Assembly: GCA_014239255.1 (NCBI GenBank)
Contig: JAAZZE010000001.1
Location: 26,414-90,413, forward strand
Source of the DNA: Gammaproteobacteria bacterium
GTDB lineage: Bacteria > Pseudomonadota > Gammaproteobacteria > Arenicellales > UBA868
Direction: 5' to 3'
Length of the DNA stretch: 64,000 bases
Below, in pieces: positions 32,407 to 42,345 of this stretch. The notes beneath the pieces were generated by a model. That model worked only from the letters and a program-made list of their open reading frames with translations, did no database searches and had not been told where the DNA came from. Position numbers and translations under genes: made by a program. Each line of letters opens with the position of its first letter. Positions within the stretch are counted from its first letter, which is position 1.

Positions 32407-33594
32407 ATGAAAAAACCTCAGACTGCAAATTTCGACTGGGCTGATCCGTTAGCCCTGGAAGATGCGCTCAGCGACGAAGAACGTCTGGTGCAAGATTCCA
32501 TTCGACGGTTCTGTCAGGATGACTTGCAACCCCGGGTGCTCCTGGCGCATCGTGAGGAGCGGATTGATCGGGACATCTTTCCACGAATGGGAGAATTGGG
32601 CCTTTTGGGAACAACCATTGACGGCTATGGTTGCGCCGGCCTGAGTTACGTTTGTTATGGCCTAGCCGCCCGTGAAGTTGAGCGAGTTGATTCCGGATAT
32701 CGTTCCATGATGAGCGTGCAATCCAGCCTGGTCATGCATCCAATTTATGCCTACGGCTCACAGGCCCAGCGTGAAAAGTACCTGCCAAAACTGGCCTCAG
32801 GAGAATGGGTGGGTTGCTTCGGACTTACTGAGCCTGACCATGGTTCTGATCCGGGAGGTATGAAGACCCGGGCGCGAACGGTAGACGGGGGTTTTCGCCT
32901 TAGCGGCGCCAAGATGTGGATTACCAATTCGCCGATTGCCGATGTATTTGTTATCTGGGCCAAGGATGATGACGGAGTTATACGAGGCTTTGTGCTCGAC
33001 CGTGATATGCCCGGCCTGAGTACACCCAAGATTGAGGGTAAATTCTCACTTCGTACCTCGGTAACCGGGGAAATCGTTATGGAAGATATATTTGTTCCCG
33101 CTGGAAACGTGCTCGATGGAGTCAGCGGACTTGCAGGGCCTTTTGGGTGCCTCAACCGAGCCCGTTATGGTATTGCCTGGGGGTCTATGGGTGCCGCGGA
33201 GTTCTGTTGGCATGCTGCGCGCAATTACACCCTTGAGCGAGAACAGTTTGGTCGACCGTTGGCCGCCAACCAGTTGGTACAGAAAAAACTCGCCGACATG
33301 CAAACAGAAATCACTCTGGGCACACATGCCTGCTTACGGTTGGGACGCCTTTTCGATGAGGGACGTGTCGCACCCGAGGCGATATCACTGTTGAAGCGTA
33401 ATAACTGCGGCAAGGCGCTGGAGATTGCCCGAACAGCAAGGGATATGCACGGAGGCAACGGAGTTGCCGACGAATATCATGTTATCCGCCACATGATGAA
33501 TCTCGAGGCGGTGAATACCTATGAGGGCACACATGACGTTCATGCGCTGATCCTGGGCCGTGCCCAGACCGGGATCCAGGCCTTCACGGGCTGA
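32407..33594 (+). CDS. gcdH: glutaryl-CoA dehydrogenase
   Basis: [63 protein letters not shown]. Confidence 0.94.
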   Translation: MKKPQTANFDWADPLALEDALSDEERLVQDSIRRFCQDDLQPRVLLAHREERIDRDIFPRMGELGLLGTTIDGYGCAGLSYVCYGLAAREVERVDSGYRSMMSVQSSLVMHPIYAYGSQAQREKYLPKLASGEWVGCFGLTEPDHGSDPGGMKTRARTVDGGFRLSGAKMWITNSPIADVFVIWAKDDDGVIRGFVLDRDMPGLSTPKIEGKFSLRTSVTGEIVMEDIFVPAGNVLDGVSGLAGPFGCLNRARYGIAWGSMGAAEFCWHAARNYTLEREQFGRPLAANQLVQKKLADMQTEITLGTHACLRLGRLFDEGRVAPEAISLLKRNNCGKALEIARTARDMHGGNGVADEYHVIRHMMNLEAVNTYEGTHDVHALILGRAQTGIQAFTG

Positions 33595-33597
33595 AAC

Positions 33598-34818
33598 GTG
33601 GGCGTCCTGTCCCATATCAGGGTGCTTGACCTTAGCCGGGTACTGGCTGGCCCGTGGTGTACTCAGATGCTGGCCGATCTCGGCGCTGACGTTATCAAGA
33701 TTGAGCGTCCCGAGCAAGGCGATGATACCCGCGGCTGGGGTCCGCCATTTATCAGCCGCACGCCTGGCGAGGATCAAGGGGAATCGACATATTTCCTGGG
33801 CGCCAATCGGGGCAAGCGTTCGGTAACTCTGAATATCGCTGATATTCAAGGTCAGAGAATTATTCGGGAACTGATATCCGGTTGTGACGTACTAATCGAG
33901 AACTTCAAGGTGGGTACACTAGCGCGGTATGGCCTGGATTACGAATCGCTCAGGCCTTTGAACTCCCGATTGGTGTACTGCTCAATTACCGGATTCGGCC
34001 AGGATGGCCCTTATGCGGATAAGGCCGGCTATGATTTTATGATCCAGGGATTGGGAGGATTGATGAGTATTACCGGAGAGGCAGAAAATACTCCCGGCGC
34101 TGGTCCGCAAAAAGTGGGGGTGGCTATGGCGGATATGGTGACCGGTCTGTATGCGACCTCTGCGATTCAGGCCGCACTGATTGGGCGCGAACGTACCGGG
34201 GAAGGACAGTATATCGACATGGCTTTGTTTGACTGCCAGGTTGCGGTACTCGCCAATCAGGCAATGGCTTATCTTGTGGGCAACGATGTACCCATCCGCA
34301 TGGGGAATGCGCACCCCAATATCGTGCCGTACCAGGTTTTTGCCACACGCGATAGTCACGTTATCCTGGCGGTTGGTAATGATATCCAGTTCGCACGGTT
34401 TTGTGTTTTAGCCAGTTGCGCAGAGCTCGCGGACGATGAACGTTTTGCACGCAACCAGGATCGAGTTCGCAACCGGGTTGAGCTGGTCGCAAAACTGACT
34501 CAGATCATGGCTGGCAAAAGCACAGCACAATGGCTCGAACAACTTGAATCTGAAGGAATACCGTGTGGACGGATCAACCGGATAGATGAGGCCTTAAATG
34601 ATCCCCAGGTTGCTCATCGGAAAATGCGGGTCAGCGCACAGCACGCGTCTTTAGGCGAAATGGAATTGCTCAGCAGCCCGATGAAACTGAGTGATACGCC
34701 ACCACAAGTTAGCCGTGCCCCTCCTCTGCTCGGAGAACATACCGAGGAGGTGCTCTCGCAACTTTTAAACTACTCCCAAGAGCAAATCCAGCAGCTACGT
34801 TTTGATCAGGTGATCTGA
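33598..34818 (+). CDS. family III (CaiB/BaiF) CoA-transferase, probably succinyl-CoA:glutarate CoA-transferase
   Basis: DLSRVLAGP, GADVIKIE, GDDTRGWGPP, GYDFMIQ; coupled to gcdH. Substrate inferred from context. Confidence 0.85.
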   Translation: MGVLSHIRVLDLSRVLAGPWCTQMLADLGADVIKIERPEQGDDTRGWGPPFISRTPGEDQGESTYFLGANRGKRSVTLNIADIQGQRIIRELISGCDVLIENFKVGTLARYGLDYESLRPLNSRLVYCSITGFGQDGPYADKAGYDFMIQGLGGLMSITGEAENTPGAGPQKVGVAMADMVTGLYATSAIQAALIGRERTGEGQYIDMALFDCQVAVLANQAMAYLVGNDVPIRMGNAHPNIVPYQVFATRDSHVILAVGNDIQFARFCVLASCAELADDERFARNQDRVRNRVELVAKLTQIMAGKSTAQWLEQLESEGIPCGRINRIDEALNDPQVAHRKMRVSAQHASLGEMELLSSPMKLSDTPPQVSRAPPLLGEHTEEVLSQLLNYSQEQIQQLRFDQVI

Positions 34819-34832
34819 GCTTATCGTTCGGC

Positions 34833-36287
34833 CTAGCTGTTGACCCTGTCGAGTAGCCGGAACTGCACCGGGATCGTGGTGGTCGCTGGCGAGGGCGTAC
34901 CGTTCCTGACAGCTGGAGCAAACTGCCACTGTCGTACTGCTTCTAAAGCCGCCTGATCCAGGAGTCTTGATCCGCTCGGCTTGCTGATCGATATACCAGA
35001 TACCTCGCCTGATGCAGAAACACTTACGGCAAGGGATACCTCGCCCTCTATCCCCCGCCGGATCGCCAGACGTGGGTACACCGGTTTGGGGTTGCCTGCC
35101 ACTGGGCGCGGGTCAGATTCGCGTAACGCGTTTCCGGTATCCAGGGCCGCAGCCGAGGGTTGAGTGCTCGGGGCCGTTTTTTCGACCTGAATCCCAAGTG
35201 CGGCGGCTTCCTTTTCGCCCACTTCAAGACGGGTTGCGAGTTCGATGTTCTCGTCTATCAGTCGATCACGCGATTGGCTTAGTTGAGTGATCGTGGGGTT
35301 GAGTACGACTTTTTGGTTTCTATCGTCATTGTCGTTCTGCCGTAGGGCTGCAATTTGTCCCTCCAAAGATGCATTGGCGTTTGTTAATTCGACTTTCTCG
35401 GCAACCAGTCGGTCGCGCTGTTTCTGAATTTCGATAAAGTGATCCTCAAGAGCAATCTTTTCCTTGGCCAGCCGATCTTTTTCCTGGCGCTCTATCGCAA
35501 GGTCTGCCGCAAGGCTTTTCGCGGCTTGGGCAATCCCAGAATTTTTTTCGGCCAGGATGTCGCGGTTTGTAGTCAGTTTGACGATCGTCGTATTTAAAGT
35601 TATTTCCTCATCCCGGAGCTCGCTATCAGTTCGTTGCAAAGAGGCGACCTGGCTTTTTAGATCTGCCTGTTCGCCTAGTAGTGAGGTGTTCTTGGCCTTT
35701 AGTTGGTCATGTTGCTCACCGGCTCTGGTTAAATTATCCTGGATGGTGGTTTTTTCTTCTGCGAGCTGATCTTTTTCCTGTTTGGTCAGGACAAGGTTGG
35801 TTGCAATCCTGTGATTGTCCTGTATCAGGGTCGCTTTTTCTTCGACGAGGTGTTCGTAGCTCTCGGCCATTGTCGCAACCTGTTGCTGCAACTGTGTTTT
35901 GTCAGATTCCAGATCAGACTGATTTTTCTCAAGAGCAACTACGGCGGCCTTGAACACTTCATTTTCAGATTGCACTTGAGTCAGGTCATTCTGGTTCTGC
36001 ACCAGCCGTGTTTGCAATGACTCAGTGAGCGTCTTAAGTTGATCGTTCTCTTTTTTCAAAAGATCGATCTGGTTTGAAAGGGCAGGAGAGTCAGGCGCGG
36101 CCACAGATGGCAAAGGAGTGTCACCCAGGTCCTTAGCTTCATCAATAAGTACAGCTTCAAATTGCGTACGAAATGGCATTGCCGGATCAAGCGACGGAAC
36201 TGGAGCTACAGTGCTCCAAAGGGCAACTAAGCCGGCGTGTAGCGTGGTTGACGCCAGTACGGCAGGGAGTAGTGCTCGAACCGTCAC
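34833..36287 (-). CDS. tonB: TonB-family energy transducer with a long coiled-coil linker
   Basis: N-terminal TM with S-x3-H (ASTTLHAG); C-terminal TonB_C (NPKPVYPRLAIRRGIEGEV...SGSRLLDQAALEAVRQWQFAPA...IPVQF); about 290 aa of heptad pattern between them. Confidence 0.88.
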   Translation of the reverse strand: MTVRALLPAVLASTTLHAGLVALWSTVAPVPSLDPAMPFRTQFEAVLIDEAKDLGDTPLPSVAAPDSPALSNQIDLLKKENDQLKTLTESLQTRLVQNQNDLTQVQSENEVFKAAVVALEKNQSDLESDKTQLQQQVATMAESYEHLVEEKATLIQDNHRIATNLVLTKQEKDQLAEEKTTIQDNLTRAGEQHDQLKAKNTSLLGEQADLKSQVASLQRTDSELRDEEITLNTTIVKLTTNRDILAEKNSGIAQAAKSLAADLAIERQEKDRLAKEKIALEDHFIEIQKQRDRLVAEKVELTNANASLEGQIAALRQNDNDDRNQKVVLNPTITQLSQSRDRLIDENIELATRLEVGEKEAAALGIQVEKTAPSTQPSAAALDTGNALRESDPRPVAGNPKPVYPRLAIRRGIEGEVSLAVSVSASGEVSGISISKPSGSRLLDQAALEAVRQWQFAPAVRNGTPSPATTTIPVQFRLLDRVNS

Positions 36288-36361
36288 TGGTTGACCAGGT
36301 TTGTACCTGTGCGGGGGTCAATTGGCCGCTTATCGATTTTAGAAATTAGTTCTCGTCTCAT
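36284..36361 (-). CDS. 25-codon upstream ORF coupled to tonB
   Basis: AGAGG RBS, then ATG at 36361, MRRELISKIDKRPIDPRTGTNLVNQ*. Its TGA overlaps the tonB GTG (GTGA). Confidence 0.45.
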   Translation of the reverse strand: MRRELISKIDKRPIDPRTGTNLVNQ

Positions 36362-36454
36362 GGCGAATCCTCTGCTTTGGAACGACATTTCGCGTCGCCC
36401 ACTGCAGTGGTTTCGCACCTCAGACTTTTCCCGATCCGAGATAAACGACGCTGG

Positions 36455-36625
36455 TGCGGGCAGGTCTCCTGGCTTGCGGATCGATGCAGAGAGTCGGCCT
36501 TCCCGGCGTTTTGCCAGTGGCACATTTGACATTCTGCTGGCCGTCTACAGTTGCGGGTACAGCCTGGGGTTGCACATGGTACTGCGCCCCCTAGTTCCCT
36601 TTTAACCCTGATTGGGACCGACACC
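36455..36625 (-). promoter_or_regulatory. cobalamin riboswitch upstream of tonB
   Basis: Minus strand AAAAGGGAA...TGCAACCCC..GCTGTACCCGCAACTGT...GCCACTG...GGGAAGG...AAGCCAGGAGACCTGCC (B12 box). Ends are approximate. Confidence 0.92.
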
Positions 36626-36761
36626 ATAGTGGATGGTCGCTTAATCCCCTTATTTTTTCAAGCACGGATACGTCTCACTGGCGTCAGGGCTCAGGCAAAA
36701 CTAATTTTTATGACTCACTATAATCACGCCATAGCACCACGCCAACAAGCGACTCCTCGCT

Positions 36762-37757
36762 ATGCCGAAAACTGCCACACCCTTTGTTTTGAAAATTTCA
36801 ATGTTGGGTTTAATCGCCCTTGCAGCTTTCGTTCTCGCCTTGACTATGGGCAGTGTTTCCATCGAATGGGCTGAAGTGCTCGCTGGCGTTCGTGGCGAGC
36901 ATCTATCGGTAGATTACGCTGTCGTAGTACAACTGCGTTTGCCACGTGCATTGAATGCGTTTGTCGTAGGTGGGCTTTTGGGTCTTGCCGGGACACTGAT
37001 GCAGGTGCTGTTGCGCAATCCGCTTGCGGATCCCTATGTGCTAGGCGTTTCCGGAGGCGCCGCCGTCGCAGCCTTGTTGGCGATGATGCTCGGCTGGCAT
37101 CAGGGCTGGGTTTCATTGGCAGCCGCGGGCGGTGCGCTTGGCTCTATGGCGCTGGTTTTTACGCTCTCCCGTGGACAGGGCGATTGGTCGACCACCCGCT
37201 TACTGTTGACCGGGGTTGTGTTGGCCGCAGGGTGGGGGGCCGCCGTGAGTTTTATTCTCGTCGTCAGCCCGGACACCCATCTTCGTGGGATGCTGTTTTG
37301 GCTCATGGGGGATGTACATGAATCGTATCCCGGTGGGCTTCGAAGTGGAATACTGGCCGGCGCCCTGATTATTGCGCTCATTTGCGCCCGAAGTCTCAAT
37401 GTGTTGACCTTAGGCGAGTTACGCGCACAGTCATTAGGGGTTGATACTGGACTCGTTCGACTGGGTTTGTTTCTGGTGGCTGGTATCCTGACTGCATCGG
37501 CTGTGACCCTTGCGGGTGCGATTGGTTTTGTTGGGTTGGTCGTGCCCCACCTGGTGCGAATATGGGGTGGGTCTGATCACCGTTTCGTGATACCAGCTTC
37601 GGTACTGGGAGGCGGTAGCCTGCTGGTGCTGGCGGAAATGGTTTCCAGAACCCTGCTTGCTCCAATCCAGTTACCCGTTGGCGTGATTACTGCGCTTGTG
37701 GGGGTGCCGTTGTTTCTCCTATTACTGCATCGCGGTACGGCTCCGGTGGTTCGCTGA
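36762..37757 (+). CDS. btuC: FecCD/BtuC-family ABC permease (cobalamin uptake)
   Basis: LRLPR, LRNPLADPYVLGVSGGA, FWLMG, IGFVGLVVPH, LPVGVITALVG; lies between two B12 riboswitches. Confidence 0.82.
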   Translation: MPKTATPFVLKISMLGLIALAAFVLALTMGSVSIEWAEVLAGVRGEHLSVDYAVVVQLRLPRALNAFVVGGLLGLAGTLMQVLLRNPLADPYVLGVSGGAAVAALLAMMLGWHQGWVSLAAAGGALGSMALVFTLSRGQGDWSTTRLLLTGVVLAAGWGAAVSFILVVSPDTHLRGMLFWLMGDVHESYPGGLRSGILAGALIIALICARSLNVLTLGELRAQSLGVDTGLVRLGLFLVAGILTASAVTLAGAIGFVGLVVPHLVRIWGGSDHRFVIPASVLGGGSLLVLAEMVSRTLLAPIQLPVGVITALVGVPLFLLLLHRGTAPVVR

Positions 37758-38521
37758 TGTCGATCGTATTGCAAAATCTCAGTATTGAGATCGGAGGTGC
37801 CCAGATCTGCCAGAGCCTCGATCTTGAATTCTCGACCGGTCAGGTCTGGTGTGTGTTGGGGTGTAATGGGGTTGGTAAAACTACTTTGCTTAAAACTCTG
37901 GCTGGACTTCGACCTCCGAACTTTGGCGACATTCAACTCAATGGGCGACCAGTTCAGAGGGTCGCGCGGCGTGAGCGGGCGAAGCAACTCAGCATATTGT
38001 TCCAGGATAGTGAAACACTGTTTCCAACTACAGTACTTGAGACGGTGTTGACCGGGCGCCACCCGTGGATCAGTCCCCTGCGAGGGGAGAGCACGCATGA
38101 CCGTGACAAGGCAGTGGCTGCACTGGATCGCGTAGGCATGACGCATCTGGCGGGCCGCAGTATGGCTTCTTTATCGGGTGGTGAACGGCGCCGGGTGGAC
38201 CTCGCTGCAGTCTTTGTCCAGGAGTCCAGATGTGTTCTGCTGGATGAGCCTGGCAACCATCTGGATATGCACCATCAGGTCGCGGTGCTTGGCGGGATGG
38301 TACAGCAATGGAAAAGCCAGGGTGGACTGGTAATCCTCGTGATGCATGATGTGAACCTTGCGCTGCGCTTTAGTGATCATCTGCTGTTGCTTTTTGGCGA
38401 TGGTGAGGTGGAGCATGGACCAGCCCAGGCCATAGCCACTGAGGCAACATTGACCAGGCTTTATCGTCACCAGATGATGTCCCTGGATAGCCCCGAGGGG
38501 CGTTGGTACCTCCCAAGATGA
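37757..38521 (+). CDS. btuD: BtuD/FecE-like ABC ATPase
   Basis: GCNGVGKTT, LSGGERRR, LLDEP.NHLD, MHDVNLA. Confidence 0.8.
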   Translation: MSIVLQNLSIEIGGAQICQSLDLEFSTGQVWCVLGCNGVGKTTLLKTLAGLRPPNFGDIQLNGRPVQRVARRERAKQLSILFQDSETLFPTTVLETVLTGRHPWISPLRGESTHDRDKAVAALDRVGMTHLAGRSMASLSGGERRRVDLAAVFVQESRCVLLDEPGNHLDMHHQVAVLGGMVQQWKSQGGLVILVMHDVNLALRFSDHLLLLFGDGEVEHGPAQAIATEATLTRLYRHQMMSLDSPEGRWYLPR

Positions 38522-38567
38522 AGCACTTGACACTTCTTTAGTTCGCCATTAGGGTTGCGCCGTTATC

Positions 38568-38758
38568 CCTGCTGGTTACTTGCTTCTACATGAGGCAGGT
38601 AAACGGGAAGCCGGTGCGCATTGTTTTTGCAATTCCGGCACTGCCCCCGCAACGGTAGGTGAGGACAGGATGCAGCACGAAGCCACTGCGGCGCAAGCCA
38701 TGGGAAGGCGCTCCATCTCGCACCCAGGTGCCCTCACGAGTCCGGAGACCGATCAGTA
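38568..38758 (+). promoter_or_regulatory. cobalamin riboswitch upstream of btuB
   Basis: AAACGGGAAGCCGGTG...AATTCCGGCACTGCCCCCGCAACGGT...GCCACTG...TGGGAAGG...GAGTCCGGAGACC. Confidence 0.94.
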
Positions 38759-38864
38759 GTGGACCCAATGAAACCGCGTGGGGTGGTGACGGGTTGTGGT
38801 TATCCGCAACATGACTGTTCCGTTCCTCGCATTAAGTGCACGGGTGGCGCGCAAGGAGTGGTCA

Positions 38865-40667
38865 GTGAAAAACTTTTCGATTAGTGGGATCCTCGCTGTT
38901 GTTGTAATTCCTTTTTTAACAGTTCTGTCCGTCCAGGCTGCTGACCCAGTCATCGTGACCGCAACACGGACAGCGCAGACGGCTGACGAGGTGCTGGCTC
39001 CAGTTACCGTGATCTCGCGTGAGGATATCGAGACCAGTGCGGCTCGAGACCTTGGAGAGTTGCTGTCGTCCCAGGTTGGCCTGGAGGTTACCCGTAACGG
39101 CGGCTATGGAAAAAATACCAGCGTTTTTATGCGCGGTACCAATGCTGGTCATGTGTTGACACTCGTTGATGGCATCAAACTGTTTTCCGCCACTGTAGGT
39201 GCGACTGCTTTTCAGTTTCTGCCCCTTGATCAGATTGAGCGCATTGAGATTGTCCGCGGGCCCAGATCAAGTCTTTACGGTTCCGAGGCGCTAGGCGGCG
39301 TGATCCAGATTTTCACTCGCAAAGGGGGCGACAGCCGCGAGGTGCATGCCGAAGCGGGGTATGGCACCTACGACACAGCGATCGTCGGGGCTGGTATCGC
39401 CGGCCCGGCTGGTGATAGTCGCTTCAGTGTTCAGGTCGATGTGATCGACACCGATGGGATCGACAGCACTGTGGGTGCTCAGAGCGATAAAGATGGATAT
39501 GACAATACCTCGCTCAGCGCCCGATGGAGTGGTTCTACATCTGACGGGGCGGGCGAACTGGATCTCTCACTTTTGTACGCATCCGGAAATACCGGTTTCG
39601 ATAATCCCTGGGCAGGTCCGCTGGTGGTTAATGACTCGAGCTACGCACAGCAGGTATTGAATCTGAAGTGGCGCACCGATGGAAACGGTGGATGGAGTAA
39701 TACGATACAGGTCGGGCAGAGTCGTGATGATTCCAAGACTTTTGCAGATAACATCTCAGATGGAGAATTTAACACCACCCACAATCAGGCCAGTTGGCAA
39801 CTGGATTGGCCTGTCGCCGAGGTTCATTTACTGACAGGTGGAATTGATTACGCGGATGACTCGGTTGATGGATCGGTCAGTTACGATGTGAGTTCACGGT
39901 CCAACCTTGGCCTGTTCGGGCAATGGCAAGGGGGTTCTGGCAATCAGAGTGCGGTGGCCGGTTTGCGGTTTGATGATAACGGGCAGTTTGGCAACCATTT
40001 TACCGGCAATCTGGATTATGGGCTGTCAGCCGAAAGTGGGCTGCGCTTTAACGCGGGTTTAGGGACTGCGTTCAAGGCCCCCAGTTTCAACGACCTCTAT
40101 TACCCGGGTTTTGGCAACCCGACCCTTGAGGTGGAATCATCTACCTCTTATGAAGTAGGCGTGAGTGGTGACGCAGGATCAGGCTCATGGGCGCTTCGTT
40201 TGTTTAATACCGATATTGAAGATCTAGTGGCTTATGATGCGCTCACCTATGCCCCAGTGAACCTGGATCACGCGGTAATTGATGGCTTGGAGCTGGACTG
40301 GTCTGGGAAACTGTCGGGTTGGCAGGCCGCAGCAGGTATTGCTCTAATGAACCCAAAGGATAAAGCAACTGGACTTCAGTTAGCGCGTCGCCCCAAGCAG
40401 TCTGGTCAAGTCCGGGTTGATCGACGTAGTGGCGACTGGCGGTACGGATTTAGCACCGCCTATCACGGTAAGCGCTACGATGATAAAGCGAACACTGTCG
40501 CTTTGGAGAGTTATACCCTGATTGATGGCGGAATTACCTACAGTTTGGGTAAAAGGTGGCAGTTTCGGATCGAGGCGAACAACCTACTGGACGAGTCTTA
40601 CCAGACGGCTGCGGGTTTTCGCGAGCCCGGTCGGAATTTTCTCGCCAGGGTGATAATTCGTGACTAG
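38865..40667 (+). CDS. btuB: TonB-dependent vitamin B12 receptor
   Basis: AAGGAG RBS and GTG at 38865; TonB box DPVIVTATR; plug motif IERIEIVRGPRSSLYGSEALGGVIQIFT; GTAFKAPS; follows a B12 riboswitch. Confidence 0.92.
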   Translation: MKNFSISGILAVVVIPFLTVLSVQAADPVIVTATRTAQTADEVLAPVTVISREDIETSAARDLGELLSSQVGLEVTRNGGYGKNTSVFMRGTNAGHVLTLVDGIKLFSATVGATAFQFLPLDQIERIEIVRGPRSSLYGSEALGGVIQIFTRKGGDSREVHAEAGYGTYDTAIVGAGIAGPAGDSRFSVQVDVIDTDGIDSTVGAQSDKDGYDNTSLSARWSGSTSDGAGELDLSLLYASGNTGFDNPWAGPLVVNDSSYAQQVLNLKWRTDGNGGWSNTIQVGQSRDDSKTFADNISDGEFNTTHNQASWQLDWPVAEVHLLTGGIDYADDSVDGSVSYDVSSRSNLGLFGQWQGGSGNQSAVAGLRFDDNGQFGNHFTGNLDYGLSAESGLRFNAGLGTAFKAPSFNDLYYPGFGNPTLEVESSTSYEVGVSGDAGSGSWALRLFNTDIEDLVAYDALTYAPVNLDHAVIDGLELDWSGKLSGWQAAAGIALMNPKDKATGLQLARRPKQSGQVRVDRRSGDWRYGFSTAYHGKRYDDKANTVALESYTLIDGGITYSLGKRWQFRIEANNLLDESYQTAAGFREPGRNFLARVIIRD

Positions 40668-40669
40668 GC

Positions 40670-41563
40670 CTAGCCTGACTCCCGTGCCCGATCAATTATC
40701 CGGCAAAGCTCGCGCATCCCTTTGAGGATTCTGGGGGAGTGTCGGTGCAGATGGTCCGAATTGACGATATAAAGGCGTCCATTCGCAACGGCATCGACCT
40801 GGTCCCAGTTTGCCCAGTGATCGAGCGCTTGGTGTGACCCTCCGGTGCCGTCTCCGGCAATAATGGCCGCGGGGTTACGGCTGATAACCGACTCTCGGGA
40901 TACTGTGGGGGCGATGTCCGGCAGGTTCGCGAATACATTGCGCGCTCCACAATCTTCAAGCAGGCGACTAACAAGGTGATCGCCATTCAGGGTTATTAAA
41001 GGGTTATGCCAGACCTGGTAGAAGACCCTTATCAGTTTTTTGCGATGAAAGGTATTCCGGATAGACTTGGTTTCTTCAAGAAACTGACCCGCCAGGCGGT
41101 TAGCTGTTTTTTCATTGCCGGTCAGCTTACCGATTCGGACCAAGGTACTGGCAATAAGAGCCAGGGTCGCCGGCTCAGCTCGGTAGACGGTGAGCCCGAG
41201 TTGTTCGAGGCGTGTCACCAGTGCCGCGGGATTACCACTCTCCCAGGCCAGTATCAGATCGGGCTGCATCCGGAGGATTGTTTCAAAGTCGAAACGGCTA
41301 TGTGAGCCGACACGTGGCACCTGTAGTGCGGCTGGCGGGTAATCGCTATGGTCTACCGTACCGACCACCCGGTCTCCCGCACCGATAAAGAAGAGAATCT
41401 CAGTCAGGTTTGGGGCCAGGCTGATGATACGCTGGGCCGGTGCATTCAGTTGAATTTGTGCCTGAGTATCATCTAACACCTGCACGGGCGCGGCATCAGC
41501 CTGGATGAACCATCCTGATAACAGGATAATCAGCAGTGCACAGATAGGCAGGTGGTCTTTCAA
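40670..41563 (-). CDS. btuF: cobalamin ABC periplasmic binding protein (BtuF-like)
   Basis: RIISLAPNLTEILF, SDYP, PDLILAWESGN, VFYQVW..PL.T, CGARNVF, and a C-terminal Cys. Confidence 0.85.
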   Translation of the reverse strand: MKDHLPICALLIILLSGWFIQADAAPVQVLDDTQAQIQLNAPAQRIISLAPNLTEILFFIGAGDRVVGTVDHSDYPPAALQVPRVGSHSRFDFETILRMQPDLILAWESGNPAALVTRLEQLGLTVYRAEPATLALIASTLVRIGKLTGNEKTANRLAGQFLEETKSIRNTFHRKKLIRVFYQVWHNPLITLNGDHLVSRLLEDCGARNVFANLPDIAPTVSRESVISRNPAAIIAGDGTGGSHQALDHWANWDQVDAVANGRLYIVNSDHLHRHSPRILKGMRELCRIIDRARESG

Positions 41564-41597
41564 GCCAGGCTCAACCAGGCAAAGAGGGTGAGTGAGG

Positions 41598-42260
41598 CTA
41601 GATCCAGTACGCGGTGCCGGTCATTACCCGGCTTGCACCGCGCATCAGGCTTTTGATCGGCGTAGGCAGGTCGGCAGCGCCGGAGCGGTTCGCAGTTTCA
41701 GCATGTCGGCGTTCATCTTCTTTCATTTGTTGTACCACGGCTCGGCTGCAGGCGTCTTTCGGTGGGAGTCGACCGAGATGGCTGTCCAGGTGGTCCTCGA
41801 CCTGCTCCTCTGTTTCTTTTAGAAAACCAAGGCTCCAGCGCTCCCCCGCCAGACTGGCTATAGCGCCGATGACGAACGCTCCGGTGTACCAAAGTGGATT
41901 CAATAGGCTTTTCCTTCCATCCAGAGCCTGCAGGCGCCTATCACACCAGATTAGGTGGTCGTTTTCCTCATCGGCTGCGTGTGCCAACGTTTGTTGTAAT
42001 TGCAAATTGTGGGTGGTAGCTGCTTGGCCCTGGTACAAGGCCTGAGCACAGACTTCACCAACGTGATTCACCCGCATCAGACGGACCGATTGGGCACGCT
42101 CAGCTTCATCCAACTCTGACTCATCAAGGCCTTCGCTTGGATCTGATCGGTCGGTTCCATTGGGCTGACCAAAAATTGTGGTCAGGCCGTTTTGAGCTGC
42201 GATCAGCCAGTGGTCCGTCGCGCTGTAACTGCGTTGACCTGGCGGTTGTCGGGTTGTCAT
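41598..42260 (-). CDS. coq7: demethoxyubiquinone hydroxylase (di-iron)
   Basis: MRVNHVGEVCAQALY, EENDHL, SLLNPLWY, ETEEQVEDHL, DERRH. Confidence 0.94.
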   Translation of the reverse strand: MTTRQPPGQRSYSATDHWLIAAQNGLTTIFGQPNGTDRSDPSEGLDESELDEAERAQSVRLMRVNHVGEVCAQALYQGQAATTHNLQLQQTLAHAADEENDHLIWCDRRLQALDGRKSLLNPLWYTGAFVIGAIASLAGERWSLGFLKETEEQVEDHLDSHLGRLPPKDACSRAVVQQMKEDERRHAETANRSGAADLPTPIKSLMRGASRVMTGTAYWI

Positions 42261-42345
42261 TGGAGTGATGAGCTCAATAGGTGTTATCGATATTCTAAGA
42301 CGCAGGTGGGCTGTCTATCAACGATGACCTGAGTTAACCCGGTTC

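Noticed and set aside
36284-36627. Several 82-104 aa ORFs upstream of tonB
   Set aside because: They overlap the cobalamin riboswitch. Only the last 25 codons have an RBS and ATG.
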